The notes: generated by a model from the sequence alone, not told the origin. Positions 12,451-24,935 are shown, counted from the whole stretch's first letter. The stretch is DNA of 62,591 nt, filler included, from Choristocarpus tenellus KU-1152 (GCA_964200185.2; 11 parts of 11 records of this genome joined end to end with filler, not necessarily neighbours in it); one strand, 5' to 3'. Numbers and translations are program-made.

Positions 12451-13730
12451 NNNNNNNNNNNNNNNNNNNNNNNNNNNNNNNNNNNNNNNNNNNNTTAATT
12501 AATTAANNNNNNNNNNNNNNNNNNNNNNNNNNNNNNNNNNNNNNNNNNNNAACAATCCATGGATGGCATTACAACTCTATTCGTTTGCCCCCCCCCCCCA
12601 CCCGAAATGGAAGAGGCTAGAGGCTGCACCTCAATGTCTCAAGGACAGCCTGGCAACACAGACCATTCAGCATGTTCTGCCTTGGAATACACAGGACATA
12701 ATCACACTCCGATGTCCCTCTCCACCCTACCGGTCTCGAAAATTATAATAGGAAGTTGTATAAGAAGATGGGCATTATACTCATGCACCTTGTTATCCAA
12801 AAAAAAAATCGTGATAGGCACTGTCCAACACAACATGACAAACCCGAACCCTAAGTGTACACAAAACACAACACAAGCTTTTGCAAACCAAACTCACTCA
12901 GCTCGTGACACAAACATCCACAATCAAAAAGCGAAAAAGTAGTCGAAGCAGGGGTATATCTTTTTAATCCCCTGTATCGAAAATTATACTGGAATATAGA
13001 TACAGATCGAGGGGGTAAGGGTTAGGTCTAAGAGGCAGCATTTTTGATCAATAGATTTGTACGAATGTGATATTGAGCCAATGGGAAACCTTTGACTAGC
13101 AACCTTTCCCCACCCCCTCGATTGCTACATGACTTCATTGTGCTCTTCCAGGGCACACCTGCAATTGAGATGTAACCCATGCAAGGGGATTCCTCTGTGC
13201 TCACCCGACAAAGAGTCTACAGGAGAGTCATTATGTATCACAAGTAAGCCAACAAAACAGCAGATATGCTTTCTACAGCAGCCCCCCTTACACCTCAGCT
13301 GTAGCGGAGCTTCTTGTTCATGCCTTCAATCTCCCCTCGCATGTTCTGGCAGACAAGTGCAGTAGAGTGTCAGCAGGAGGGGGGAGTGGAAGTGGAAGTG
13401 GAAGTGGAAGAGGAAGGGAGAGGGGAAGGGGATGACACAATGACTGGCGTGGTGCTGACACTGTACATATTAGCAGGGGTCAACTTCTCAGATACCTACA
13501 ACACAAGAAAAACTCTCCATTTATACCAAGATAGAAAAAAAATGGTACGTATATATTATTGTTGTTTTTCTACATAGAGGAAAGTATAAGAATAAAAATA
13601 TAATAACAATAATAACAAAAATATTAATAAAAAGGGTTTGTAGTTTTATCAGCAGTACTGTGGGCTTGACTGCGTAAAAATAAAATCAACTGTCAACAGT
13701 ATGTTGGGTCTACTTTATACAGTGAGTGGT

Positions 13731-13920
13731 GCCTCAAAGTATCTGGGGGGAGGGGGGTGGCGGCTGTCCATTTGGAACCAATTTTTTCATGTCGCGATTT
13801 TTGGATGATCTGGTTCCATACTTTAGATGGATAATGAAAGTGCACTTTTCCAGGTATTGGTCCAAATGGACACCCCGGTGTAGACCCCCCCCCCCCCCCT
13901 CCCCCCAGATACTTTGGGTC
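13731..13920. mobile_element. MITE family B full copy (~190 bp)
   Basis: GCCTCAAAGTATCTGGGGG ... CCCCCAGATACTTTGGGTC; 4-bp TSD TGGT. Confidence 0.92.
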
Positions 13921-14190
13921 TGGTATACCTTATACCACAATACCGTCACCCATAACTCTGGTCGTCCATCGTCTCCAACTTCTCAAAAGAGTTGGCGACC
14001 CCATTGCATGTACTTGAAACTATTGACCCAATGATGGTACACCCCCTGTACCAAGAAAACGGCTTTGGTGATGTATCTATTGCTTGTGGCTCTAGGACAA
14101 CTGCGGACGATATGATTCGCGGGTTAGGAGATATCAAAGGTAATGGACCAATAGAATTGCATCGAATGCTACTCTTTTTTTTCCATTGAA

Positions 14191-14454
14191 GAGTCGAAGT
14201 TAGTGAGAGGTACCCAGGGTTGCATTTTTTGGATGCTGAAAAAATATATGCAAAGTTTGACTTTTTTCAAGTGCACGTAGGGAATTTTCTAAATTCTGTT
14301 GAGAATTTTCAAACAATTGAGAAATCGACACTCCCAAATCGATTTTAGTGCTTCATTTGTAGAAATATATATATGGGTAAATCGCAGAAGATTCAAAAAG
14401 TGGTCTAAAATGCAAAGCGGGCAAAACCTGGGTACCTCTCATTTGCTCTGACCG
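14191..14454. mobile_element. MITE family F copy
   Basis: GAGTCGAAGTTAGTGAGAGGTACCCAGG ... CCTGGGTACCTCTCATTTGCTCTGACCG inverted repeats. Confidence 0.7.
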
Positions 14455-14463
14455 CGTACCAAT

Positions 14464-14598
14464 ACCCCGAATAAAACCTTCATCCCATATAATGTTTAAA
14501 ACTTTTAAACAAATATTAACCGAAGGTATAATAATAAATGTTTTATATACTATTTGAACATTTCTAATACGAGTAAATATATCTGAAAGAGATTTCAT
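14464..14598 (-). pseudogene. rps8: NUMT: 5' fragment of mitochondrial ribosomal protein S8
   Basis: MKSLSDIFTRIRNVQIVYKTFIIIPSVNICLKVLNIIWDEGFIRG matches the S8 N-terminus; very AT-rich; directly downstream of trnF. Confidence 0.85.
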
Positions 14599-14601
14599 TA
14601 T

Positions 14602-14673
14602 TGTCTGGAAGCGGATTTGAACCACTGACCTAAATATTTTCAGTCTTTCGCTCTACCTCTGAGCTACCTGGAC
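14602..14673 (-). tRNA. trnF: NUMT-derived tRNA-Phe(GAA), decayed
   Basis: GTCCAGGTAGCTCAGAGGTAGAGC-AAAGACTGAAAATATTT-GGTTCAAATCC; mismatches in the acceptor and anticodon stems. Confidence 0.85.
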
Positions 14674-14689
14674 TAATAAAATAGATAAA

Positions 14690-14747
14690 CTCCTTAAATA
14701 GGACTTGAGCCTATCGCCCTGTGGTTAACAGCCATATGCTCTACCTA
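14690..14747 (-). tRNA. trnN: NUMT-derived tRNA-Asn(GTT), 5'-truncated
   Basis: GGTAGAGCATATGGCTGTTAACCACAGGGCGATAGGCTCAAGTCCTATTTAAGGAG; 5' acceptor strand missing. Confidence 0.75.
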
Positions 14748-15897
14748 ATACCTACCTCTGACAAGTAACCCTACAAGACAACTACAAAGTCCTTAAGTGC
14801 TTTCACCAATTTGCACATATAAAAAAAACCTTTCCAACAAAAAAGATTTTTCTGTCTCACTTCTTTCAGCAAGGTTTTTCATTTTTTTTTTTTTACACCC
14901 TGCAGTTACGGTGGTGTGATAAGGCTGCACTTTGCTCTTTGACAAAGGGTTACGAGTAGGTGTGTCTCATGGAGTCTACCGCTTCAATTCACCCTGCAAC
15001 TCTTCCCGGGAAATCCTTTCAATCAACCACTGAGTGAATATATACTCTGTTGCATTGGTTCATATTGCCAGAAGGCGTTGATAGACATTTCCGGGAATAT
15101 TCCGTGAGGCGGGCATTGTAGTTGCCGCATTGTAGTTGCCGCATGGTATAATCAGGGCTGCATTCTCTAATGAACAAGCCTATAGTGTCCTGGATGGAGG
15201 GCTCAGGCTTCCATTCGGGGTCTGTGTGTCCCTTTAGTGGTCTTCATGTCATCTGAGTGAACATGCAAGATTATAGGGTAATTGTCTTCATCTGAATGCA
15301 CCTTCCTTTTCCATCCCCCTGCCTAAACCAAATCCGGAAAAACTATTGACCCAAAAACGTGTATCAAACTGAAACATCTTACAACATTTGATCAAGCCCT
15401 GAATCGACAATCCCTTACCAAAACTCCACCACCTCTAGGACACCACGGGGCCACATTTTTCCCACAATGGGGTGAAGGGTGACCTCTGTGCTCCCCCAGA
15501 TGAGAGTGCAGTATTTTTAAATAGTTTTCCTCTTATGTGTGTATCGGAGTTTCCTACTTGTATCTATGTATGCAACAGGAAACCGTAAAAAAAGTGAGGT
15601 TTGGCCTACTCCTGTAGTACAGTTGTGTGTGTGTGTATCTCACATGCACTAGGGAACGCCTGCTGAGGTAATAGAAACAGTGAATAATCCGTGACGGATA
15701 GCACGGTCAATCCCTGAAGAGGAGCACCACTACAATTCGACTAGACTCATCCCTTATAGTTCCATATATCTTCTCAAACAAGTAGCGGAGAATTCTCAGA
15801 GTCCACTCCATTCTTTGTTATATATATATGGTAGCCCTAACACTGCACATAATTTTTTTCTTTTAATGGGAAAAAAAATGATATGAATAACTCTCAC

Positions 15898-17736
15898 CTT
15901 CCTCGCAGCCTCCCCGTCAATACCTGAAATGTGCATCAGGGCTGGGGCTAGAACCTCCAGCGCCCTGCAATGATAGTACATTTCACAACGGAGAAACTCC
16001 TCCATAATATCCTGGGGCGGGTTGGGTGAAGACTGTGATTGACTGTACTGAATACAATTCGATTTGAAAATGGTTGTGTGAATGTGTTGTTTCGATCCAG
16101 CCAAAAAGGGCATACATTACTAGTTTGGCGGAGGTCAGATCTCCGCATGATGGAACAGACTGGGAGAAGGCAATGGGAACTAATAATAGAAGCGTTCTGA
16201 TTGCACCCTGGAGAAGCTTAGAGAGGAAAATCACTCCTAACAAGGGAGAAGTAAGAATGACTCCAAGTCACATAGCCAAGACGGCAGCAGGTGGTCCAGG
16301 AGTGTATGTGTGAAATTCTGTTGCTGCTCCATTGATCTAGCTCAGAAAGACCTGTATCACCTTCAGGTCTTCAACACGGCGGGCCTCAAAGAGTTCGAGA
16401 TTGTTGTCCACCATCGTCTCTGTGTTTTTCAGCAGATGGCGCTGTTCAAGCAGGTGAACTGAAGTACCTTCTGACAAGCCCTTCTCCCTATCGTCTGGTG
16501 GCATGTTAATGATTTACAGGCAGATGGTGTAAGCTTCTTCACCAAGCCAAAAGAAAAAGTGGCTGCTGAAATATTCAGATCAAGTGATGACTCGTTAAAT
16601 CAAACTCGGGTACTGACAAACAGTTGGCAACCGCACACCTTCCATTTTGTGCTCCGCCTTGATGAGGGATTTTACGCAGTTGTCCCTATCGCGAAGCAAG
16701 GCCTGTGCTGCATGGATGAGTCCAACATAAACCAAGGTAGCAGGTAAGGTCTGCATCGTCAGTTGATCCCTGTGAAAGTCTAGTTTATGTCTGCACATTA
16801 GGGCTCGATGAAGAAGAGATAAGCTTTACTGTTGAAGAGGAAAGTCAGGGTTGTACACCCTGATCAACGCAGGGTGTTCCAGATCGATGATCTATGCAAA
16901 GTTGTCTGGATTATATATTTTTGGGCAGGTTCAGCGCTTATATTCCACTCTGAAGTTTTGAGTAAATTATGAAGTGTACAGAAGTAGTTTCCAAATCGAA
17001 CTTCACACATTTCTTCGAGCATTGATGCATTATTCACTAGCACACGAGGCATGCACTTTGTGATGCTCAACCAATACCCTCTAACACACCTTTGTAGGTC
17101 CAATAACCCTGTCCTTGATCTCTTCTAGCTTTTTGAGCACTTCGATCTCCGCACGGTCACACTGCCCATTCGATTCAGGCGGTCGTATTGATGCATAAAG
17201 TCAATCGATTGGCATGAAAAAAGGGTCTGAGTTGTTGCAATGGATCTTGAAATATTCACCAAGACCAGCAATGGGCTGATCTTCCACGAAAAATATATTA
17301 CCATTATGCCTTTCCTTTCCAATGCAATTCTTTCCGTTATTTCTGACAGAGCCACGAGTCTATCTTGAAGATCTGCGAACGGCTCCTGTGCCGCTACATT
17401 CTTGACCTGTGCACTGAACTTCATCCCTTGGTTGACTCCATCTGATTAATATTTGTTGCAAAAGAAGCAGAAAAAAGCAACTAGGTGTCTATAACCTATC
17501 GACTCCAACACAATCATATGTTGCCAATAACTTGCGGCTGTTCTCGGCAATTGATCTGGCAAGCACTGGTCTACAAACAGAAGAGCTCGGTGAGATCAGC
17601 TACAACTTGTTGGATGGGATAGCGAACCTCGGTGATGTCCAACTATTCCCGACATATGCTTAGTTAGTTGAGTGACATTGTGGTCGAAGAACTCAAGACG
17701 CCCATGAAGCATTCGACCTTTGTCGTCTAGGGCCAT
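15898..17736 (-). CDS. BAR-domain protein, FAM92/CIBAR-like; exons 17736-17628, 17441-17302, 17161-17090, 16702-16639, 16494-16361, 16011-15898 (final exon not located)
   Basis: All six exons have AG/GT borders and consistent phases. Helical product MALDDKGRMLHGRLEFFDHNV...FEARRVEDLKDIMEEFLRCEMYYHCRALEVL resembles the FAM92 C-terminal 'FEKQKLKDIK..EMxFHAKALEV'. Confidence 0.8.
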
Positions 17737-18195
17737 GATGAAGAATCCTAAGGCCTTACTTATCAACGGTACCTTCAGACATTGTTGTGGCCAAGTCCGT
17801 GTCCATGTTCACCACATGCTGGCAGTTACACAGAGAGAAGGTGTGTCTATTTTTGAAGACATTAATAGATATACCTCTTTATGTCTTTAGGCACAGTCTG
17901 TAGACCACACACCAAACCAACCCAACACCTCTGACCAAGTTGAGTTGACCTAGACAAGAAGTGTTTGAAGAACTGTAGTGACCTCAAAAGAGGGAGCACC
18001 CTGTTGCCTCAACCATGACAGGAATGCGTGGCCTTCTGTCTATTGCTAGGTCATTGCCAAGGGTTAATAGACTTGTGACTGGGGCACCTACAACCAGGTG
18101 AGTCCAACTTCCTGACCCACGATTCTCAAAATGGAGTTGTAAGTGGACTTCTACTTGTAGGTACTCAATTTTAAGCAACCCGTCGTTGCTAACCA

Positions 18196-19181
18196 ATGCC
18201 ATCAGCTAGTGGCCTGGATTGGATTATGACATCTACCTCTCTGGCCTCTCACAGAGTACCCCCCTCCTTGCCTGACAGGACAAGAGCATTGGTTGCTCTG
18301 CCCTTTTGTGTTGGAGTACGTCAAAGCAAACCTACCGTGGGGAATTTTTCTCGAGTGCATACGTTCTCCGCAGCCACTATTGTTGTAGATCGGTTTCGCC
18401 AGGTTGGCTCTCATGCCCACGTGCAGCAACGAATGTTGTCGAGCGAACCTGGTGACACACTCGGAACATCGGAGGGGTTGATGGAAGAGGAGGCAGGGGT
18501 TGAAGGGACCGTGAATGCTCTGCCTCGATACCTTGCCGTAGTAGAGGGTCTGTCGTTTAGCACGGATAAAAGTGCCCTTGAGAACCTTTTAGCTGAATCG
18601 GGGTGCACGCCTTCATTCTTGGATGTGCCCCTCAAGGCACAAGGAGGTTTCCAGAGTCCCCAAAATAAGGGTGTTGCATTCCTGGAGTTCGACAGCGATG
18701 AAAGTTTGCAGAAAGCCATCGGTCTCACTGGTATTGAGCTGGAGGATCGCTGGCTTCACATCATTCGTCACCACACACCTTACGATGAGGTGAGAGCATT
18801 TGCAATGCCGACAAGAAGATGCATCACATTGAAAGAAGCATAGATATGGAAGCGATGCGTTATTACGTTTTCCAGTTATGCACTACCTGTCGTGATTAGG
18901 AGCGCCCTAATGAAGTAGTTTGAATTCTCAGAGCGTGCAGAAGTGCCAGCAAGGCTATGCCGAGCACCTTGAAATCTCGTCCTGATAAGTCATCACTCCC
19001 CCGCCCTTCCCAGTGCAAGTCGATCATAATTAGGGGTATGCGGGGCCTGGAGACTGAAGACCTGGCAAATTTCTTTGAAGAAAAGGTGGCCAAGCCGGTG
19101 TTTCTGTTCATCAAGGCTGATCCTACTGTGAACCAGGGGCTGGCCGTGGCGGACTTCGAGACGGCGGAGCAGGCACAGGAG
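18196..19181 (+). CDS. RRM-domain RNA-binding protein with a probable organellar transit peptide; exons 18196-18789, 19014-19181
   Basis: RNP2-like VVEGLSF, RNP1 KGVAFLEF, second RRM KSIIIRGM..GLAVADFET; phase-0 intron with a pyrimidine-rich acceptor; S/R-rich N-terminus ending QQRMLSS. Confidence 0.85.
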
Positions 19182-20407
19182 GTCAGTCGGTCATTCTATT
19201 TGTCTTATCTCTGCACTACCACAGGTGCTAAGATTGTTACGCACGTGTCATAGCCAGAAGGTTGACAAGATTTTTTCCTGAGTAAGATTTGTTTTTTGAC
19301 CTTAAAGTGTCTTGTGTTCTGAACCACTCTGTTTTGTGCCTTTGCCCATCCCATATGCATGACACACACACTCTCCTTTGCAAGTTGAGCGGGTAACAGT
19401 GGTATCCTCAGCTTCCCTACTAGACCACGATCCTTTGTTTCCCCACTTCTAGAGTCTTGTCTTGTTTGTAATCTGTCGGGCAAACAGCATCATCTTTCCC
19501 ACGCACCTTCATACTCTTACACATAACTTTCTCTGTTCTCCGCATTTTTTCTCTGTAACTGTAACTGTAATTTGTAGTAATTAATCAAGCAAGCCTGAGG
19601 TGCACGTTGTACATATACTCAGATTTTCGTGTGTTCCTGTTAGCGGGGGAGGGGAGGGAGTTCAACTGTTGAACAAGCAGGCGTTCTGTTTGTCTCCACA
19701 CGTTGCCATCCTTATCACAGTCACATATGTAGACAATACTATAGTCATCCCCACCGATTTTCGATATTTGAGGTCGTAGAACCAAGTTCTCCATCACTTT
19801 GTGCCTTGGGTACCAGTTCTACTTACAAATGTTTTATTTTTCCAAGTCAAGGGCTCTACCTGTATGTATTCTCTTCTATAATGGTCTCTCTCCGGACTGG
19901 ACAGGGGCATTAAGAATTGACACCTGGTTTTCATCAGGCCATCTCGACCCTGAAAGTAACACTAAATACAAGCACTTCTTATCATGCCTTCGGAAGTCAA
20001 GCACCCTTAGTGCATGGAGGATGCTAACATGCTTGCCCTAGGAGAGTTTCCCTTCTTCAATGGTGATGTATTTATTACCTCATTTATTGCCTCATATACT
20101 GGGTACTGATATCTCATGCACCACTCCAGCCCAAGGCTTCATGCTCTAGGCTGTTCCAAGTATTGCAGAGCCAATGACCCGAAAATATATGATCTTTTAA
20201 AAAAATGATTTATGTTCTGTACCCATGTACTGTTCATCATTGGGTGGGGGGGGGGGGGAAGGGGTGTTAAAGAAAAAAAAAAAACACTTTAAGAAGAAAA
20301 AAAAAAANNNNNNNNNNNNNNNNNNNNNNNNNNNNNNNNNNNNNNNNNNNNTTAATTAATTAANNNNNNNNNNNNNNNNNNNNNNNNNNNNNNNNNNNNN
20401 NNNNNNN

Positions 20408-20496
20408 TCGGATTTGAAATGTCAGCAAAAAAAAATCGTTTGACCAAAACGGACGCCCCCTCACAAACCATCCCCCCCCCCCAGATACTTCGACCC
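20408..20496. mobile_element. MITE family B-related end
   Basis: CCCCCAGATACTTCGACCC terminus; cut by spacer. Confidence 0.7.
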
Positions 20497-20544
20497 GCAA
20501 GGTACAGAAAAAAATGTCTAAACAATATCATAGGAGTAGGGAGT

Positions 20545-20735
20545 GTCATAGAAAGACTCTCCCTTCATAACTGCAAACACAAATGAACGCAGACGCAAAA
20601 CCACAATAACAACTTGAAATAGGGTACTGTCATAGAAAGACTACCCCCCTTCATAACTATAAACAAAAATGAATATAGATGCAAAATCACAGTAACATTG
20701 AGATAGGGTATTGTCATAGAAAGACTTCCCCTTCG
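20545..20735. repeat. Tandem repeat, 84-bp period, ~2.3 units
   Basis: GTCATAGAAAGACT recurs at 20545, 20629 and 20713 with homologous intervening sequence. Confidence 0.85.
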
Positions 20736-22028
20736 TTGAAACCAACCCAGTAGGGTTTTATGGCCCACACATTCATATGTGACAGTTTCCTCCCCTTGCT
20801 GCCATCTTCAGTTTCCTCTTATTCGCTGGTCTAGAAGAGCAGAGATATCTGACTTGTCCTGCCCCCTCCTTTTGTGTCTCCCTCGAGGTACTCAGCCCGA
20901 TTATCTAGTCCCTATCCTTCTTCTTGTGTTGCACGTTATTGACAGGAGCACCTGTGGGTCACAGACAAAGCACTCCTTGCGTTCCCTTAGCCACCTGGGT
21001 CTGAGTTGTGATTTATTCAACAGCTGGTTACTTGTGTATCTGAAAGCGGCGACTGCAGCGCAGGAGAATGCAGCAAAAACGGTGAGAGCACGAACAGACG
21101 ACAAGAGTGGCTGTGCGAATAAGGCAGACCCTACTCAACAGAGAATCGATATATACACATGGAACACACGACAGTAATGCTTCCAGCACGCCCATGCACA
21201 ACCTTGAGGTCTTCCACTCGTTAGAGGGGGGCTCTGAGGTTATGCCCTCGGGCACAGGTCATTGGTTCGACCCAGTGGACACAGTAAGGCGACCCACACT
21301 CTTGCCTAGCCTCAAGGTTGTAAATGTCTGTTCCTTGCTGAGGGTGAGCCACAGATGCGATGATGCAGGGCCTTTCCCCCCAACTCGAGAGAAGTGGAGA
21401 TGGAGATGAGTTCAAAATATCCCAAGGAGCTAGCAACAGTCTTATGTCGTAAGCTGAGTTTTCTCTCCGGTTTGAAGAGACACGGTAGATCCTCCATGTT
21501 ACACTCCACAAACTTACACAATGGGATATGTAGCTCCAATCCACAAGCCTATTGACTGAACATGACGATCGTAGAGTGCGCCATCGAGGAAATGTGATAA
21601 AATTTGCTGAATCCCCCACTTCGATTATTTGCTTTATCACTTTCATTGGGGTATAAATATAGGACCGAACAACCATACATGCCAAACTTTCGGGCTCATC
21701 GTGGCAAAATCAAAAATGAATAGTCAAGAAGTACAATATATGGAATCTAGGACTTCAAGGTCATATTGGCGTTTATGAAACTGGCATTAAGACACATCGA
21801 CTGTGACATAACCTCACGACCACGACATCCACGACCTCTTCCTCTACGATACAAGAACGACCTATGAGTACCATCTGGGTTGTCTACGCACAACTGGGTT
21901 GAGTGACCATCACGAGCTGTCGTCTTGTAAGCAGGGTACTGGCACGAACTGTTTTGTGGCATACTATGCTGTACATCAACATGGTGATAGGGCTTAGCTG
22001 GGGACTCTGCACATTGAGGTAGACAATG

Positions 22029-22589
22029 GAGTGAAAGTATCTTAGAGGGTAAGAGTTTCGCCCTGTTTGTCCATTTGGGACTTGGCTTCCCACGATTTTT
22101 AATGTCATTTTACCTAATCCAAAATGGTTTGGAGTAGGTAGAATGTATACGTGTGTCCCGAACAGGGATATTGACACTTCTTAAAAGACACGATAGCCAA
22201 AATTACATCGAAATATCAATTTTGGATTTAGTGTTACAGGCGATATGTCTTGATGGCGGTTTCATAAACACCATTATGACATTGAAGTTCTAGATTTGAT
22301 ATATTTGTACTCCTTGATTATTTATTTATTATTTTGGTCATTATGGTCCCCGATCGTGATAAGACATCGTGGATCAGTTCCTTTTTATATTATGATATTG
22401 ATGTTACTTCAAGTAAGAGATCCAGCATACTTGACACCTTGTGCATCAGGAGTCCTATAGGTACATCAGTATCATCTATAGGCCCGTAGATTGGAGCTAT
22501 ACATCCTGTGGAGGTAAGCTTTGAGGGTCGCCTGTAACATTAGGCCCCCAAATGGACACGACTCTACCCTCTAAGATATACTTTGACTT
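22029..22589 (-). mobile_element. MITE family A copy split by element D
   Basis: GAGTGAAAGTATCTTAGAGGGT ... CCCTCTAAGATATACTTTGACTT; 3-bp duplication ATG. Confidence 0.88.
22232..22539. mobile_element. Element D: TG..CA element (solo LTR or Ginger-like non-autonomous element)
   Basis: Perfect 12-bp terminal inverted repeat TGTTACAGGCGA/TCGCCTGTAACA; TSD TTAG. Confidence 0.85.
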
Positions 22590-23073
22590 ATGGGTTCGTG
22601 ATGCTGAACAACCAGGCGGATAGGCTGTCACAGATGTACTCATCATCAACCGAGCTGATAACAGGGTCAGGGCTGCTTCCCCTACTTGGTGACGATCCAC
22701 TTCTGTCCAAAGACTTTGGTTCTCTTGTTGAAGTTGGACAAAGTCTGAATGAGAACACGATCAGCAGTGTGCCCACGGGCCTGGAGTTTCAGGAGATCCT
22801 GAAGACATCTGGCCAGCACAGCATTGGTTCTAGCACACTCGTTTGCCTGTTGCCCTGTGCACACAGGGATGACATTGCCGAACTGTGTCTGTGAAGTGGC
22901 CACCTCGCGAGCGGTTGAATATGCATGTTAATGGAGAGGAAGCTGTCAGAAATCAAGGTGCAAGAGGTCAAGGAAGTCCATCTAGAAGGTCCAGAGCGCA
23001 TGGCGAAGACAGAGAAGCCACGGAGCTAGTTCTGTAACATCATACAAGCTACTAGAGCATCGCAGTATTCTGT

Positions 23074-23322
23074 AAGTCAAAGTATTTAGGAGGATAGGAC
23101 CGCGCCCATTCAGGGTCATAAATCCAATGTTGCGATTTTGATTTATTTTGACTACTATCGTGTTTGTTACCAAGTGTCAATATCCTTGTTCCGGACACAC
23201 CTTTCATAGCTGTACTCCGAAATGTTTTGGAATAGGTAACTGTGTTCACACAGAAAACCGAAAAAGGACAAAAAAGCCCCGTGGGAACCCAAACCCCAAA
23301 TGGACAAACAGGACAAAAAAAT
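23074..23322 (+). mobile_element. MITE family A copy, right end lost
   Basis: AAGTCAAAGTATTTAGGAGG start and A interior up to CCCCAAATGGACAAACAGGAC. Confidence 0.8.
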
Positions 23323-24120
23323 TGAATGTTTTTTGGGTCTGTAGTGTTCAGAGCGGTCAGTTGTATTTTGTACATAGTACAAGAATATGATGCGCACGAT
23401 GTATGATACATACTGTTGTATAATACAACTGATTGATATGACTGTTTGACTGGACTTGAATAGTGTAATACAGATAGCCAGCAAATGACACTGACGTTCT
23501 CATATAGTGGATTGATTCCTTGATTGAAAGTATCTTGATAACACTGGTACTACAAAAGCCCCCTTTATTGTTTTGGTGGTCACTCCTTTCATGTTTCTCT
23601 TGGTACACACCCTTTCTTCACAGATAGAAGGACCATACACGACAAAAATAATAAAGACACCTGAGCACACCAATCAACATCTTTTAATTCCTCTTCAGGA
23701 CTGTCCAGAGCCAGGAGTACAGACTACTAATACTTTTTTACAGACTTGGACTGGTGGGTGTCACAGTCACCTGAGTTTACACAATGCAGGTCGACGACAC
23801 TGTTCCTGCACCACTGATAATCTGCGGGGGAGGTGGGGGGGAACCTCCTCTACGACCCGCAGGTTCTGAGCTGCAAGATGAAATGAGGAAGATATATTGG
23901 AGAAACCTGTATTCAAGTCATGATTCGTAGTTGACTTCATATCCTGGACTGACTCGCTGTTGTTGGCCCTCTGCTCCTCTTCTTTTGCTTCCTAAAACAT
24001 TTGAGCAAGATGTTCTTGTGTTGACGATGTATTCTTCTTCTGGTTTTCGCGTTAGAGCATATTGTTCAGTGGCCAATTTTTTTTCATTGATGTAGGGCTA
24101 TATCTGAATTCACCAACGAG

Positions 24121-24260
24121 TGTCACCAAACTGATTCGTGTGATTCTGTGGTTGCATGGTTCACTCAGGCAAGGGTGGTGAAGAGAATCACCGGGCAAGA
24201 CAGACCAGATGTACCAAGACGGACAATAACCGAGAGGATGAGGGTAAGGTTCGACAAGTA
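24121..24260. repeat. Dispersed repeat E (LTR-like); related copies at ~28609-28750 and 47430-47560 (inverted)
   Basis: Shared CGTGTGATTCTGTGG..GTTCACTCAGGCAAG..GAAGAGAATCACCG..CAAGAC block. Confidence 0.55.
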
Positions 24261-24621
24261 GTAGTAGTACAAAAAAATAAGAGAACTGCAGAGAATCCCA
24301 GAGTACTACACAGTACTGCAGAGTAGGGAATATCTCATGAGAGGGCGATCATCACAAATATCAAGACATGACAGAGAGAGTGTTTGATGTTTGACGTCTT
24401 TGATTGAAGAGATATCAACTACTTGTAGGATTGGTCTCTTGAAAAGATTCCACGCCTCAATCTCACCAAATATCCTCACTGGAATCTGGGATTCCTCACA
24501 AGGAGCCACAATGAGTATAATGGTATATGACATGTGGCAATGACGGTATGATAACAGATAACCCTGCTTTCCACATAACACATGTAGACTAGTATTAATT
24601 CTACTATTCATTTTGCCACAG

Positions 24622-24935
24622 CACAAGTAGCCCTATTCTAGACGTGTCATGCGTTTTAAGCTGGAGACACCAGGGAGATGGGCAAGGAGGGGCTCATTAT
24701 ACTCTTGGTGCTTACCTACCTCCTCACCCTGGGGTGAAGGACTAAGCTAGGTTGGAGGCATAGATAGGAGGGGAGCGGTGTAGCACAGCTGGTACTAAAA
24801 TAGTAAATAGACTAAGGTCTTTCACATTTACGACAACTGCTACTTTTTGAGGGGTTATTCTGATATTTGAATGGTCTTCATTGTTTTTTCCCCTGACAAA
24901 TCTGCAAGATGTTAGAGGCATAATAATAAAAACAC
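24622..24935 (+). mobile_element. SINE family C copy, 5'-truncated
   Basis: Aligns with the reverse complement of 3234-3540, including the CTGACA..TG(T)TAGAGG CATAATAATAAAA tail. Confidence 0.75.

Larger units (their letters stand above)
21880..22900 (-). pseudogene. Penelope-like element RT thumb/linker relic, interrupted by nested insertions
   Basis: GQQANECARTN..LARCLQDLLKLQARGHT (cf. PLE 'GxLxRYARxx..KLxxRGY'); after removing the MITE it continues IVYLNVQ...IVCHKTVRASTLLTRR (cf. 'PIVCYKRxxNLxxLL'). Confidence 0.5.

Noticed and set aside
13726-14034. Recurring short ORFs such as 'GGGGCPFG..FFMSRF' and 'YPLRYF'
   Set aside because: Chance translations of non-coding MITE A and B copies.
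18900-18956. In-frame TGA suggesting selenocysteine or readthrough in the RRM gene
   Set aside because: A better pyrimidine-rich acceptor at 19013 gives a clean in-frame junction, so the TGA is intronic.
20545-20735. CRISPR-like array or 28-aa zinc-finger repeat
   Set aside because: The intervening segments are homologous to each other, there are no cas genes, the context is eukaryotic, and no C2H2 frame is open.
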